Source: Antedon mediterranea (lineage: Eukaryota; Animalia; Echinodermata). Taken from it: 64,000 nt of DNA. The stretch covers positions 9,791,812 to 9,855,811 of the forward strand of contig NC_092675.1 of NCBI RefSeq assembly GCF_964355755.1, read 5' to 3'. Positions within the stretch are counted from its first letter, which is position 1, and each line of letters begins with the position of its first letter. Shown here piece by piece: positions 51,030 to 63,200 of this stretch. A program made the translations under genes and the position numbers. Under the pieces are notes generated by a model that worked only from the letters and a program-made list of their open reading frames with translations, searched no databases and had not been told where the DNA came from.

Positions 51030-51094
51030 TATAAAAGGACAGTAACTGTAACAGAGATCAGAAAGAACCCGTAGAACGACAACATAGCTAGGAG
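51030..51094 (+). promoter_or_regulatory. Lectin TATA box and non-coding first exon
   Basis: TATAAAAG at 51030. Consensus donor gag|gtaagt at 51095. Matching acceptor (t)10cag at 52364, 24 nt before the ATG. Confidence 0.6.
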
Positions 51095-52388
51095 GTAAGT
51101 TGGTTGATTTCTTACATCTTATTTAACCACATAGCATAATATTTCTGTATGCATTAATTAGATTGTAATTTTGATTAAAATTGTTCATCTGGTTTTGGAT
51201 ATTTATGAATTTATATTTCTTTTTGAAAAAGAAACCAGAAGTTACCGAAACTAACCTGCTTGAAATTTTCACTAACTTTTATTTTTCTTTTCGAAAAGAA
51301 TTATAAATTTAAGATAATGATGCTAATAAATGTAACTTAAGATTTTCCACAAATATGCTTGCTACAGTAAGAGACATCAGATACTTTCTTGTCTGGTTTT
51401 ATTTAAACTATAAAATTAAAACTAAGATCAAATGATAACAATAAAACCGCTAAGAAGCTATACACTTTAAACAACTCATCACAACACAGATTTTCTATTA
51501 ATGGAAACGGTAACGCTACATGTTTGTAAATTCATTGAAATTACTTCATTTGGTTTTTATGGTAAAACAATACTAGTAAAGTGCGGTATATCTGGTAGCC
51601 TACATTTTGAAAGTGTTTTTTCATTCCATTATGTTATAACAGACCTTATTGTACTCTCCTATTTCTTCTAAAGAAAATACGGTATAGTAATTGCAGATAT
51701 ATTATTGTTTGATGATATGTTTTCTGAGACAATTCGAATTATATTAACAATTTTCATTGATTTATGTTTCATTTATTTTGTTTTCGTAATTATTTTACAT
51801 ATAAAATGATAACATATAAACAACTCTTTATATACATAACTATACAAAAAAGATACACTAACAAAGACCCATGGACCCATAGGCTGGCAAATATATTAAA
51901 ACTCTTGCAGTAGAAAACGACAGTTTGCATCTGCACATAACCAAAACATTATTAGTGTTTAATTCTTAGTGAGAAACCTTAACTAGATTCTCTGATGGTT
52001 TCTTTGAAATATAACAAAGCATTATTAACAAACATAGTTGACGCACTAATGTGGCCTTGGTAAATTAAGTATCATAATGAGTTAATATAACAAATTTGAA
52101 GCTTCCTGAACAATACCGTATTTAATTAACATTTAATTAGGCTTTTCCAAACATTGGATACAAAACATCTGTAAAAAGTATACTATAACTTCACATTCCC
52201 TCATAGGTGCTGTCATGGTCCGAAGGCGCCAAAATCGGTCACGCCGGACTAGGAAAATTTCGGGTTTCGGGATAATGTGCTCTTGCAACTCATTGTACAT
52301 AACTAATAATATTTATGTCTACTAAAATTGTGTTTAAAAATAAATCACCGATTTTTTTTTTCAGATTTCACTGAAATTTCAACACAAA

Positions 52389-52910
52389 ATGTTCAAAATG
52401 ATGTTTGTTGCGTTGGTAGCAGTAATGGTAGAGGTTACTCTTCCAGCATTAGCTTTATACCACCCCGGACGTTCGTGCTGTCCCAGCTATTGGACATCAT
52501 ACAACAACAACTGCTACAGAATTTTTGGCGAATCTCTAAATTGGCAAGACGCTGAAAATTACTGTCAGCATCAGGGATCTGATGCTCATCTAGTATCTCT
52601 CCACAGCCAAGGCGAATCAGATTTCGTTAAAGATTTTTGGAACACAGCTACCGGAAACAGAGTCACTGAACGGGTCTGGAGAAATATGTACTGGATTGGA
52701 TTGACAGACGCGCATTATGAAGGACATTTCAAGTGGTCTGATGGCAGCGGATATGCCTCTTACAGAAATTTCCACGCTGGTGAACCAAACAACCATAGAG
52801 GAAACCAAGACTGCATTGTAGTGTGGGATTACCAACATAAAAATAAAGGATTGTGGGATGACCAACAGTGCTATAATAAACATCCTTTTATTTGCAAAAT
52901 GAGTCAATAA
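52389..52910 (+). CDS. Secreted single-domain C-type lectin (echinoidin-like), EPN type, 173 aa
   Basis: Hydrophobic signal peptide, then CCPSYW...NCY, WQDAENYC, AHLVSLHS, WIGLTD, WSDG, EPN (132-134), DC, WDD..C and FIC. Coding region is in one exon. AATAAA overlaps the stop. Confidence 0.95.
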   Translation: MFKMMFVALVAVMVEVTLPALALYHPGRSCCPSYWTSYNNNCYRIFGESLNWQDAENYCQHQGSDAHLVSLHSQGESDFVKDFWNTATGNRVTERVWRNMYWIGLTDAHYEGHFKWSDGSGYASYRNFHAGEPNNHRGNQDCIVVWDYQHKNKGLWDDQQCYNKHPFICKMSQ

Positions 52911-53829
52911 AAAAATACTTGTTTTAAAATCTTAAAACATATCTATTATTACTAGTAATAGTAGTAGTAATTAAAGAAAACTGTTCACATAACTGTTTTA
53001 TTTTAAATAAAATATAATATTCAGTACAAACGTTCGAGTATTCTCCATAACTCGCTAGTGGTATGGAGATCAGAAAGCATTCGTAGTAGTATTTTTATCG
53101 ATACACTTAATCAAGCTCAAGGTTCTGTTTAAATAAATTTAAATTGCATACACGTTGGTCGTGTATTTTGTTATTAATTAAGTAAATATCTAATTAATTA
53201 ACGATTGAATGAATGAATGAATGAAAAATATTATTATTAAAAAATAAATGAGACGGTTTTAATGCTGCATAAGCAGCCGATTATCGTACGGTCCTGTCTC
53301 TAGAACAATAAAGCAAGGTCTAACTGTAATAGTATTAACATACAAATTTCTAGGTGACTATTTAGTTAGTAATTAATAGTTAGTTACAGTCTATCTAGTG
53401 ACAACTGCAGAACCCAGTGAATATTGAACGAGGACTACAATTTCATTCTCTCGTGGTAAGCAATTTCTAATTCAAAATCTCTAACCCAATTTTATGTCAT
53501 AACCTAAGAAAGTCACACTTAATACTTATGAATGTATACAATAAATAAGTATAGCGAATGTCGATAGTGAATGTCTAAGGAAGGATATCAAACAACAGAC
53601 AGTGAGTGCATTGGATGCCATACGATTATGCTCCCACAGGCTTTCTGGTATGGTATCGACTTTGCTTCCACAAAACGTCATTAGAATCTACCGTACGGGC
53701 TAATGTAGCCTATGGCCTACCGTATATGAGCGAATGTGACTGGTAATACAATCCATATATATATATCTGTAAACTTTTTGATAGCATATCCTGACCCGTA
53801 TGATAAATAACTTTAATAAACAATGAATA

Positions 53830-54981
53830 TGTCTTTGAGAACATCGATGTTCTACCTCTTTCCTTCCGAGTTGGATGCATGGCTAAACTTATTATTGTCA
53901 TCAATAGCAAAGGCAATTGGTTTTCGCTCTTGTAGGCAACAACAACCCAGTCCACACTTTGAACCGTCACAAATTAGTGTGATTTCTTTTTTCACATCGT
54001 AAAATGCAAGGACTGGTGGTAAGATTAACTTTTGCTTTAATCTTTCAAATGAGGTTCCCATTTCCATATGACGTTCTAACGAAGCATCTCTCGTATAGTG
54101 GGGCTGTCATTTCACTGAAGTTGGTGTCTACGAACTTGGACACTTAGTTTAGCATTCCCAAAAAACCTGCTCAGCTCAGTTTGGTTTTCAGGTGGTGGTA
54201 TTTCAACAATTTTTTTTCGGGTCTGGTTTGATTCCATCTAGTTATTAGGTGTCCAACATAAGATACTTGGCTTGTTCTGAATCTACATTTGGACTGGTTC
54301 AGTTTTAGGTTTAGAAGGTCATCCACTATCATTTCGCATGGGTATCCTTCGAAGTGTGTCTCCATTGCCCTTTGGTATACTTCGCTTCCACTGTTTACTC
54401 CGTATGGTAGCCGTAAGTATTTGAATCTTCCTAGTGGAGTGTTAAAACAGGTCAGGTTTGTTGATTCGTCATCGAGTGGAATCTGCCAAAAAGATCGAGT
54501 ACAGTAAAAATCTTTAAATTTGTAAGATTCGTTGTGGCTTGTTTTATTGTACGCATGGGGTGGTGTGGCCTTTTTAAGGCTTTGTTTAGATCACGCGGAT
54601 CGATACATTATTATTATGTCATCAGTGTTTTTCTTTTTGGTTGCAACCATTAAAGAAACCCAATCGGTGGTTTCTTCTACTGGTGTTATGACACCAAGAT
54701 CTGTCATTCTCTTTGGCACACGCCTTGGTGGTCGAATGATTGCTGGTATATCTGGATCAATTTTCATTTTATATTTTAAAGGCAGTTTGCCTAATTTTCT
54801 ATCAAACACTTCTGGAAACTTTGTAATCTCACAAGCTTTAGCATTGGCTAGCTCGTGTACAAAATCATCGTTGATAGTTATGAGGTTCAGTTTCAGTGAG
54901 TCAACAAGTCCAAGAATGGGTGAGCAGTTTTCTTTCAATATGCAGAAGCATGTGTTGTATGTTTCACCAGCGACAGTTATT
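53830..54981 (-). mobile_element. Ty3/Gypsy pol relic (copy 1), truncated by the LINE
   Basis: PAIIRPPRRVP, TDWVSLMV, HHPMRT, WQIPLD, IVDDLL, PPVLAFYD and CDGSKCGLG (RT and RNase H), with frameshifts. Confidence 0.9.
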
Positions 54982-57900
54982 TTTTTTTTCTCTTTTGTGG
55001 CGCAAACACCACTTTTATTCACATTCATATTATCTCATATTACATAAAATCGTATTATTTAACTTGTAAATGTTGTTACAGTTCATAATTAACATTTTTA
55101 CATATATGAATTCTGTATTACTCCTTTTTTCATTAATTTTCTTATATTTTGTTATACACTTGACAGGATCATCATTATCATCTATCCCGTTTTAAAATAG
55201 TTCACACATTTTCATTTGTTTGTTTTCATTTTACAACCCGGATTATACAATATATTTATATACATGATAAAAAAAACAATAATAGCTCAGTACCACCAGT
55301 AACCCGTATCACTGTAATTCCTTTTCGGTTAATCGTATCAAATTAGAAATTATATTATCATAATCTTATTTCTTAAAGCTACCCATTTTTCTATACTTGT
55401 TTCTTTATTGTTATATGTTTCACATTCAATGTTATATAACATATTGCTTTTAAATGAATTCCATAAAGATTTACCCACTGGCTTATTTAGTGCAGATAAC
55501 ATTTTTATTCTATAAATAGTAAATGCTGCAAAAGTGTAAATATAATCTATTAGCTTATCTCCCGTTCCTAGTATTAATTGTTTAAATGATATATTATTGT
55601 GATTTAAACTTACAAAGATACTAAGCATTTTCCTCCAATATTTCTGAATAAATCTACAACTAAAAAACAAATGATTTTCATTTTCAATTTCTCAACATTT
55701 GTCACACGTTTGTGTTTCCTTAACTTTCCACTGATACAGCCGTTTGTTGGTAGGCAGTATTCTATGTAACATCTTATAATTGAATTGTGCTAGTTTCTTA
55801 TCTTTCATTTTACATACTTTCCGTAACCAAGAGTTTTCCAATCAAAGTTGTTATCATTGAAGTACTCTTCCCATTTTAGTTGTGACATTGGAATAATGAA
55901 ATATTCTTTCACAAACCATGAGTATATTAGTTTGGTAGTATTAATCTCATACTTGGTCCCAACTAATTCATCATTATCATCACAATTGAAAATATCTACC
56001 TCCTTAATAATACGTTTCCATTGAATTGGTATTGCCTTAATAATGCACAAATACTCATTTAACCAGTTTGTTTTACATTGTAGTTTCACCAGTATTTCGT
56101 TTGATGTTAAAAAAGTGTTCTTATTAACAATGTCTTTAATACTGATAATGCCACTGTCAATCCAATGCTTGTAGAAAAGCGATTTTTTTTTAAGTTTAAC
56201 GTAGTGGTTTCCCCACAGTTGCTCATTCATTATATCGTTATAAGTTTCAGGTTTTTTTTTAGAGATTCTGTTATAATTTATGTAGGCTTTTATCATATTT
56301 TTGTAAAACAGTGGAATTTTATCAGAATTAACATCAATAATGTTATAACATGACATATTAAGTAAAACATTAACATCACATATTTTTTTAATATAATACA
56401 TTGGAATATTTTTCCATTTAGCACCATCATCATTCATAATTCTTTTTAACCAGCCACACATGAGTGCGTTAACATGAAGAGTAAAATCAGGCATTTTAAT
56501 GCCTCCCATCTCAATATCACCAATTAGAGTTTTTCTTTTTATCTTTTCCCTTTTATTGTTCCAAATAAAATTATATATTAGATTTGTAACTTGTGTATAT
56601 ACATATTTTGGAACATCAGTGATATTTGCAGCATATGTTAATTTAGATAGTGCAAGACTTTTCAGGATTATTATTCTACCAAAAATTGAGAGATTTCTAG
56701 CATTCCATTGTTTTAAAGTCTTTTCTAGCTCTATTAATTTAACATCCCAGTTTTTTCTGGTACATTCTTCTGTATTATACCCTACATATATGCCTAAAAT
56801 TTTGATCGGGTGTTTTACCCAATTTAATTCTAAAGGTCTATCTATTCTGTTCTTCCATTTACCAATCCAAAAAGCATTGGTTTTTTTTTTATTTAGTGTC
56901 ATTCCAGATACTTCACAAAAACGTTCAATTACACTGACTGCTGACTTAATACTTTTGTCATTACCAACATACAAAACAGTATCATCGGCTAATTGGCTTA
57001 TTCTAGCTTCTATGTTATCTAAAATGAATAACAGAGCAGATAGAGGACAACCTTGTCTAATACCTCTTTCCATTTTAAAATTGTTTGAAACCCAACCATT
57101 GTTAACTGTGACACATTCAACGTTATTGTATAATACTTTTACCCAGTTACATAAGAACATTCCAAAGTTAAACTTTTCTAGAACATTGAACATAAAATCT
57201 CTACTAATAGAGTCAAAAGCCTTCTTAAAATCTATGGTAATTATTGCCCCTTCGATATCATTACACTCTGTATAATAAAGCAGGTCTTCTATTAACCGAA
57301 TGTTTTCACCAGCGAAACGGCCTTTTATATAACCTATTGATTTAATAACCATTTTAAGTCTGTTACTTAAAACATGTGCAAGAATTTTGTAATCGGTGTT
57401 TAAGAGGGTAATGGGACGCCAATTATTCAAATTTTCTTTTTCTCCATCCTTGAACAAAAGGGTGATTACACCTCGTTTTTGCGAAAAGGATAATTCTTGA
57501 GAATTATAACTTTCATTTAACGCATCGCAAATTAAATGTTTAATATTATTCCAAAAGAACACATAAAATTCAACACTTAGACCATCCGATCCAGGTGTTT
57601 TATTTTTTTCCATCATTGAAATGGCCTTTTTACATTCATCAATAGTGACGTAACCTTCACAATTTTCTTTTTCTATTTCTGAAAGCTTGTTTATAATAGA
57701 ATTACAAAGGTATTTATTAATTTTTCCAGGGTTTATAACATTTTTTGCGTATAAACCTTCGAAATGTTGTATTTGTTCCTTTAAAATATCAATTGGGCTC
57801 GTTGCTAAGCTCCCATCTTTAGTAATTAAACTTTTTATGTGTTTCTTTTTACTTTTGGATCTTTCTAACCCAAGAAAGTATTTTGTATTCCGGTCGCCTT

Positions 57901-60240
57901 CCTCTATCCATTTTACTCTGGACCTAATTTGCGCGCCTTTTGCTTCTACATTATAAATGTTTTCAAGCTCTATTTTTTTATTTTCAATTTTATTTTCAAT
58001 GGTTATATCACAATTTTGAGTATTCATAATTGTTTCATTTAAGTTTTTTATTTGTTTTTGTAATTTTTCTTTCTTTTTATTCTGGTTTTTATTTTTTTGT
58101 TTTCCGTATGCAATTGAAAAATCTTTTATTTTTGTTTTTACAAGCTCCCATAACAAACTTGCACTTACAGGTTCTCTATTATTTTTTAGTATTGAAACAT
58201 CAATTATTTTAATTACTAATTTTGTAAATGTTTCATCTTTCAGAAAGCTATTGTTGAGCATCCATAAACCAGGACCGCGTATTTTTTCATGCAAATCTAT
58301 TTTAATTGATACCGCCTGGTGATCTGTGAGAATAGCTGGACGAATGTCACAGGCTAAAATATCTCCATTTGAAAAGAGATCTTCTGATATTAACCAGTAA
58401 TCCAGCCTACGGAAAATGTTGTTAAATCTCTTACGCCACGTAAATTGTTGCTTATTCATGTTTTTGGATCTCCAAATAATCATTTAAATTTAAATTTTTC
58501 ATTAGGTTTTTAATCGTAAAAACAGATTTATCAGACCTATTTGCGCTACCTTTTTGGTCAATGTCAGTATTCATGATGCAATTCAGATCTCCACCTAGAA
58601 TGATAGAATTACCCTTCCCTCCACCAAAGTCATTGTAACATTTGTGTATGGTACTAAAGAATGCACTTCTATTTTTGCTTTCATTAGGAGCATAAATATT
58701 TATAATGTCCAATTCCTTTTCATTTATCATTAAATTAAGAAATATATATCTTCCATCAATATCAGTTAACTTTTTAACAATTTTTCATTCAAGACCTTTT
58801 CGTAATAGTATCGACACTCCTCTACTATGTGAATTACCTATACTATGGATCGCTTCACCTTCCCAAACAAAGTTTGATTTATTAATAATCTCATTTGTTA
58901 GATGGGTTTCCTGAAGCAGACATATATCCGCTTTTTGATCTTTTACCCATTGGAATAGCTTATGTTGCTTATTTATATTTCTAGCTCCTCTAACGTTTAG
59001 TGTTATACAATGTAAATTCATAAGATTAGAGTAAAGAGCTTCCTAGGGAAATTACAATATTTAGAATACATATTATTAAGATTAAATTACTTGTTTTTGT
59101 TTCTCTTTCTTAAACTTCTTTTTTTCAATACTCTTTGTTTTTTCTTCTGTCCTGCCTTCATTTCCGGACTGTTCCTTCAGATCTCTCGCTGCTTTCTTGT
59201 TTGTGCTAACACTTTTACTTTTTTGCATACTTTTTTCAAAGTAGTCAGTTACCTTCTTCTGTTCATGCTCCTCTCTTTCCCCAACTTCCTGCTCCTCTCT
59301 TTTTTCAGCTTTTTGGTACTTTCTTCTCGGTAATTCTTGTTCCTCTCCTTCTTCAACTTCCTCCTCCTCTCTTTCGTCCACTTCCTGCTCTTCTCTCTGC
59401 TCCTCTCTGTCATCATCTTCCTGCTCATTTTGGTTTGTGTGTTGTTCTATAGTGATCACACTTGTTTCTTTCTGCGCATTTTCATCATCTGATGATTCAC
59501 TACTTCCATCAAAACTAAACACTTCATCATGTGTTTCTGTATCAGATTGTACCGTAGCTCTTTTCCCGTAGTGGTTATCGTTAGCATTATTATTTTTTGG
59601 GTTTTCAAAGTTAAAAACCGATTCCCAAACTTTATTAATGTATGCACCAGGTGAACCAGATGATGATACATTATGCGCTTCAACATTACATCTGTCCCTA
59701 GTATGCCCTGGTAAATGACACTTGAAACAGATTATATCAGCTTTGCATTGAAAAGCTTCACTTCCTGACCGTCATGAAAAGCCCGTGCTCTAAAACCATT
59801 TATTATTATCTGTCTTGGTATTGGCGATTTTAGCTTTTCTACAACGACAGCTCTGTCACCGTTTAGCCAGCTGGTTAATTGACCATTAACCCTTATTTTT
59901 AGCCTTGTAACATCTCCTATTGGTTTGCATCCTAGCGCTTTCAACTTGCTAGCAATCTCTACGTCAGCAACCGATATTGGTATATCCTTTATGACTATTC
60001 TCGTTGTTTCCATGTTTGTATGCCAAATAAGGATTTTTGTCATGAATTGTAATATTACAATTCCTAATGTTTAGTCCATTCGTAATTAGTTTCACTCTAT
60101 CATTTCTATTATTTAGATAAATTCGCCATAGGTTCCGTATTTTTTGAACACCGATTATACTTTCTGCAGCAATTATTTTTAGTAGGGCTATACATAGATC
60201 TTCATCTTTGAAAAAGCTTTTTCCTGTTGGTATTTATTAA
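54982..60240 (-). mobile_element. Near full-length Tx1/L1-clade LINE (ORF1, APE-RT ORF2, 3'UTR, polyA), 5' truncated near the ORF1 start, frameshifted
   Basis: ORF1 pieces: GVQKIRNLWRIY, VIKDIP, CFKCHLPGHTRDRC knuckle (~59690-59730) and an acidic tail. ORF2: TLNVRG, LQETH, NIYAPN, GGDLN, RLDYWL, TDH, NWRPITLLN, RQGCPLS, LADD. AATAAA at 55014-19 and polyA at 54980-89 on the minus strand. Confidence 0.95.
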
Positions 60241-60250
60241 TAACTTCACA

Positions 60251-63200
60251 TTATTTTGTTTTCGTAATTATTTTACATATAAAATTATAACATATAAACA
60301 ACTCTTTATATACATAACTATACAAAAAAGATACAGTAACAAAGACCCATGGACCCATAGGCTGGCAAATATATTAAAACTCTTGCAGTAGAAAACGACA
60401 GTTTGCATCTGAACATAACCAAAACATTATTAGTGTTTAATTCTTAGTGAGAAACCTTAAATAGATTCTCTGATGGTTTCTTTGAAATATAACAAAGCAT
60501 TATTAACAAACATAGTTGATGCACTAATGTGGCCTTGGTAAATTAAGTATCATGATGAGTTAATATAACAAATTTGAATCTTCCTGAACAATACCGTATT
60601 TAATTAACATTTAATTAGGCTTTTCCAAACATTGGATACAAAACATCTGTAAAAAGTATACTATAACTACCAAAATCGGTCACGCCGGACTAGGAAAATT
60701 TCGGGTTTCGGGATAATGTGCTCTTGCAACTCATTGTACATAACCAATACTATTTATGTCTACTAAAATTGTGTTTAAAAATAAATCACCGATTTTTTTT
60801 TTCAGATTTCACTGAAATTTCAACACAAAATGTTCAAAATGATGTTTGTTGTGTTGGTAGCAGTAATGGTAGAGGTTACTCTTCCAGCATTAGCTTCATA
60901 CCACCCCGGACGTTCGTGCTGTCCCAGCTATTAGACATCATACAACAACAACTGCTACAGAATTTTTGGCCAATCTGTAACTTGGCAAGACGCTGAAAAT
61001 TACTGTCAGCATCAGGGATCTGATGCTCATCTAGTATCTCTCCACAGCCAAGGCGAATCAGATTTCGTTAAAGATTTATGGAACACAGCTACCGGAAACA
61101 GAGTCACTGAACGAGTCTGGAGAAATATGTACTGGATTGGATTGACAGACGCGCATTATGAAGGACATTTCAAGTGGTCTGATGGCAGCGGATATGCCTC
61201 TTACAGAAATTTCCACGCTGGTGAACCAAACAACCATAGAGGAAACCAAGACTGCATTGTAGTGTGGGATTACCAACATAAAAATAAAGGATTGTGGGAT
61301 GACCAACAGTGCTATAATAAACATCCTTTTATTTGCAAAATGTGTCAATAAGAAAATACTTGTTTTAAAATCTTAAAACATATCTATTATTATTATTAGT
61401 AATAGTAGTAGTAATTAAAGAAAACTGTTTACATAACTGTTTCATTTTAAATAAAATATAATATTCAGTACAAAGGAGCATTCTCCATAACTCGCTAGTG
61501 GTATGGAGATGATTAGAAAGCATTCGTTATTTTTATCGATACACTTAATCAAGCTCAAAGTTCTATTTAAATAAATTTAAATTGCATATACGTTGGGCGT
61601 GTATTTTGTTATTAATTAAGTAAATATCTAATCAATTAACGATTGAATGGATGAATGAATGAAAAATATTATTATTAAAAAATAAATGAGACGGTTTTAA
61701 TGCTGCATAGGCAGCCGATTATCGTACGGTCCTGTCTCTAGAACAATAAAGCAAGGTCTAACTGTGTAATAGTATTAATATACAAATTTCTAGGTGACTA
61801 GTTAGTTAGTAATTAATAGTTAGTTACAGTCTATCTAGTGACAACTGCACACCCAGTGAATTTTGAACGAGGACTACAATTTCATTCTCTCGTGGTAAGC
61901 AAATTCAAAATCTCTAACCCAATTTTATGTCATAACCTAAGAAAGTCACACTTAATACTTATGAATATATACAATAAATACGTATAGTGAATGTCGATAG
62001 TGAATGTTTAAGGAAGGATATCAAACAACAGACAGTGAGTGGCACTGGATCAAACATTATTGTTTGGATGCGATACGATTATGCCCCTACAGGTTTTCTG
62101 GTATGGTATCGACTTTGCTTCCACAAAACGTCATTAGAATCTACCGTACGGGCTAATGTAGCCTATGGGCTACCGTATATGAGCGAATGGGACTGGTAAT
62201 ACCAAAACGGCATGCCTACCATCCATATATATATATCTGTAAACTTTTTGATAGCATATCGTGACCCGTATGATAAACAACTTTAATAAACAATGAATAT
62301 GTCTTTGAGAACATCGATGTTCTACATCTTTCCTTCCAAGTTGGTAGCTCTTGTAGGCAACCACAACCCAGTCCACACTTTGAACCGTCACAAATTAGTG
62401 TGATTTCTTTTTTCACATCGTAAAATGCAAGGACTGTGGTGAGATTAACTTTTGCTTTAATCTTTCAAATGAGGTTCCCATTTCCATATGACGTCCTGAC
62501 GAAGCAGCTCTCGTATAGTGGGGCTGTCATTTCACTGACGTTGATGTCTACGAACTTGGACAGATAGTTTAGCATTCCGAAAAACCTGCTCAGCTCAGTT
62601 TGGTTTTCAGGTGGTGGTATTTCAACAATTTTTTTTCGGGTCTGGTTTGATTCCATCTAGTTATTAGGTGTCCAACATAAGATACTTGGCTTGTTCTGAA
62701 TCTACATTTGGACTGGTTCAGTTTTAGGTTTAGAAGGTCATCCACTATCATTTCGCATGGGTATCCTTCGAAGTGTGTCTCCATTGCCCTTTGGTATACT
62801 TCGCTTCCACTGTTTACTCCGTATGGTAGCCGTAAGTTGAATCTTCCCAGTGGAGTGTTAAAACAGGTAAGGTTTGTTGATTCGTCATCGAGTGGAATCT
62901 GCCAAAAAGAGTTTTTAGCATCGAGCACAGTAACAATCTTACAATTTGCAAGATTCATTGTGGCTTGTTTTATTGTAGGCCTACACATGGGATGGTGTGG
63001 TCTTTTAAAGGCTTTGTTTAGATCACGGGGATCGATAGATAATCTTATTATTATGTCATCAGTGTTTTTCTTTTTGGTTGCAACCATTAAAGAAACCCAA
63101 TCGGTGGCTTCTTCTACTGGTGTTATGACACCAAGATCTGTCATTCTCTTTGGCACACGCCTTGGTGTTCGAATGATTGGTGGTATATCTGGGTAAATTT

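Larger units (their letters stand above)
51773..54981 (+). repeat. Segmental duplication, copy 1 (lectin intron part, lectin CDS, Gypsy relic)
   Basis: Colinear with 60251-63416 from ttattttgttttcgtaatt to acagttatt, with a few percent substitutions and small indels. Confidence 0.95.

Noticed and set aside
56499-57275. 258-aa plus-strand ORF (also 5095-5412, 54532-55047, 62708-63196, 36995-37315, 52617-52907)
   Set aside because: Antisense shadows of RT, opsin or lectin coding sequence, with no recognisable motifs.
59082-59522. Glu-rich ORF as a host gene
   Set aside because: Lies between the ORF1 zinc knuckle and the ORF2 start, so it is the LINE ORF1 acidic tail.
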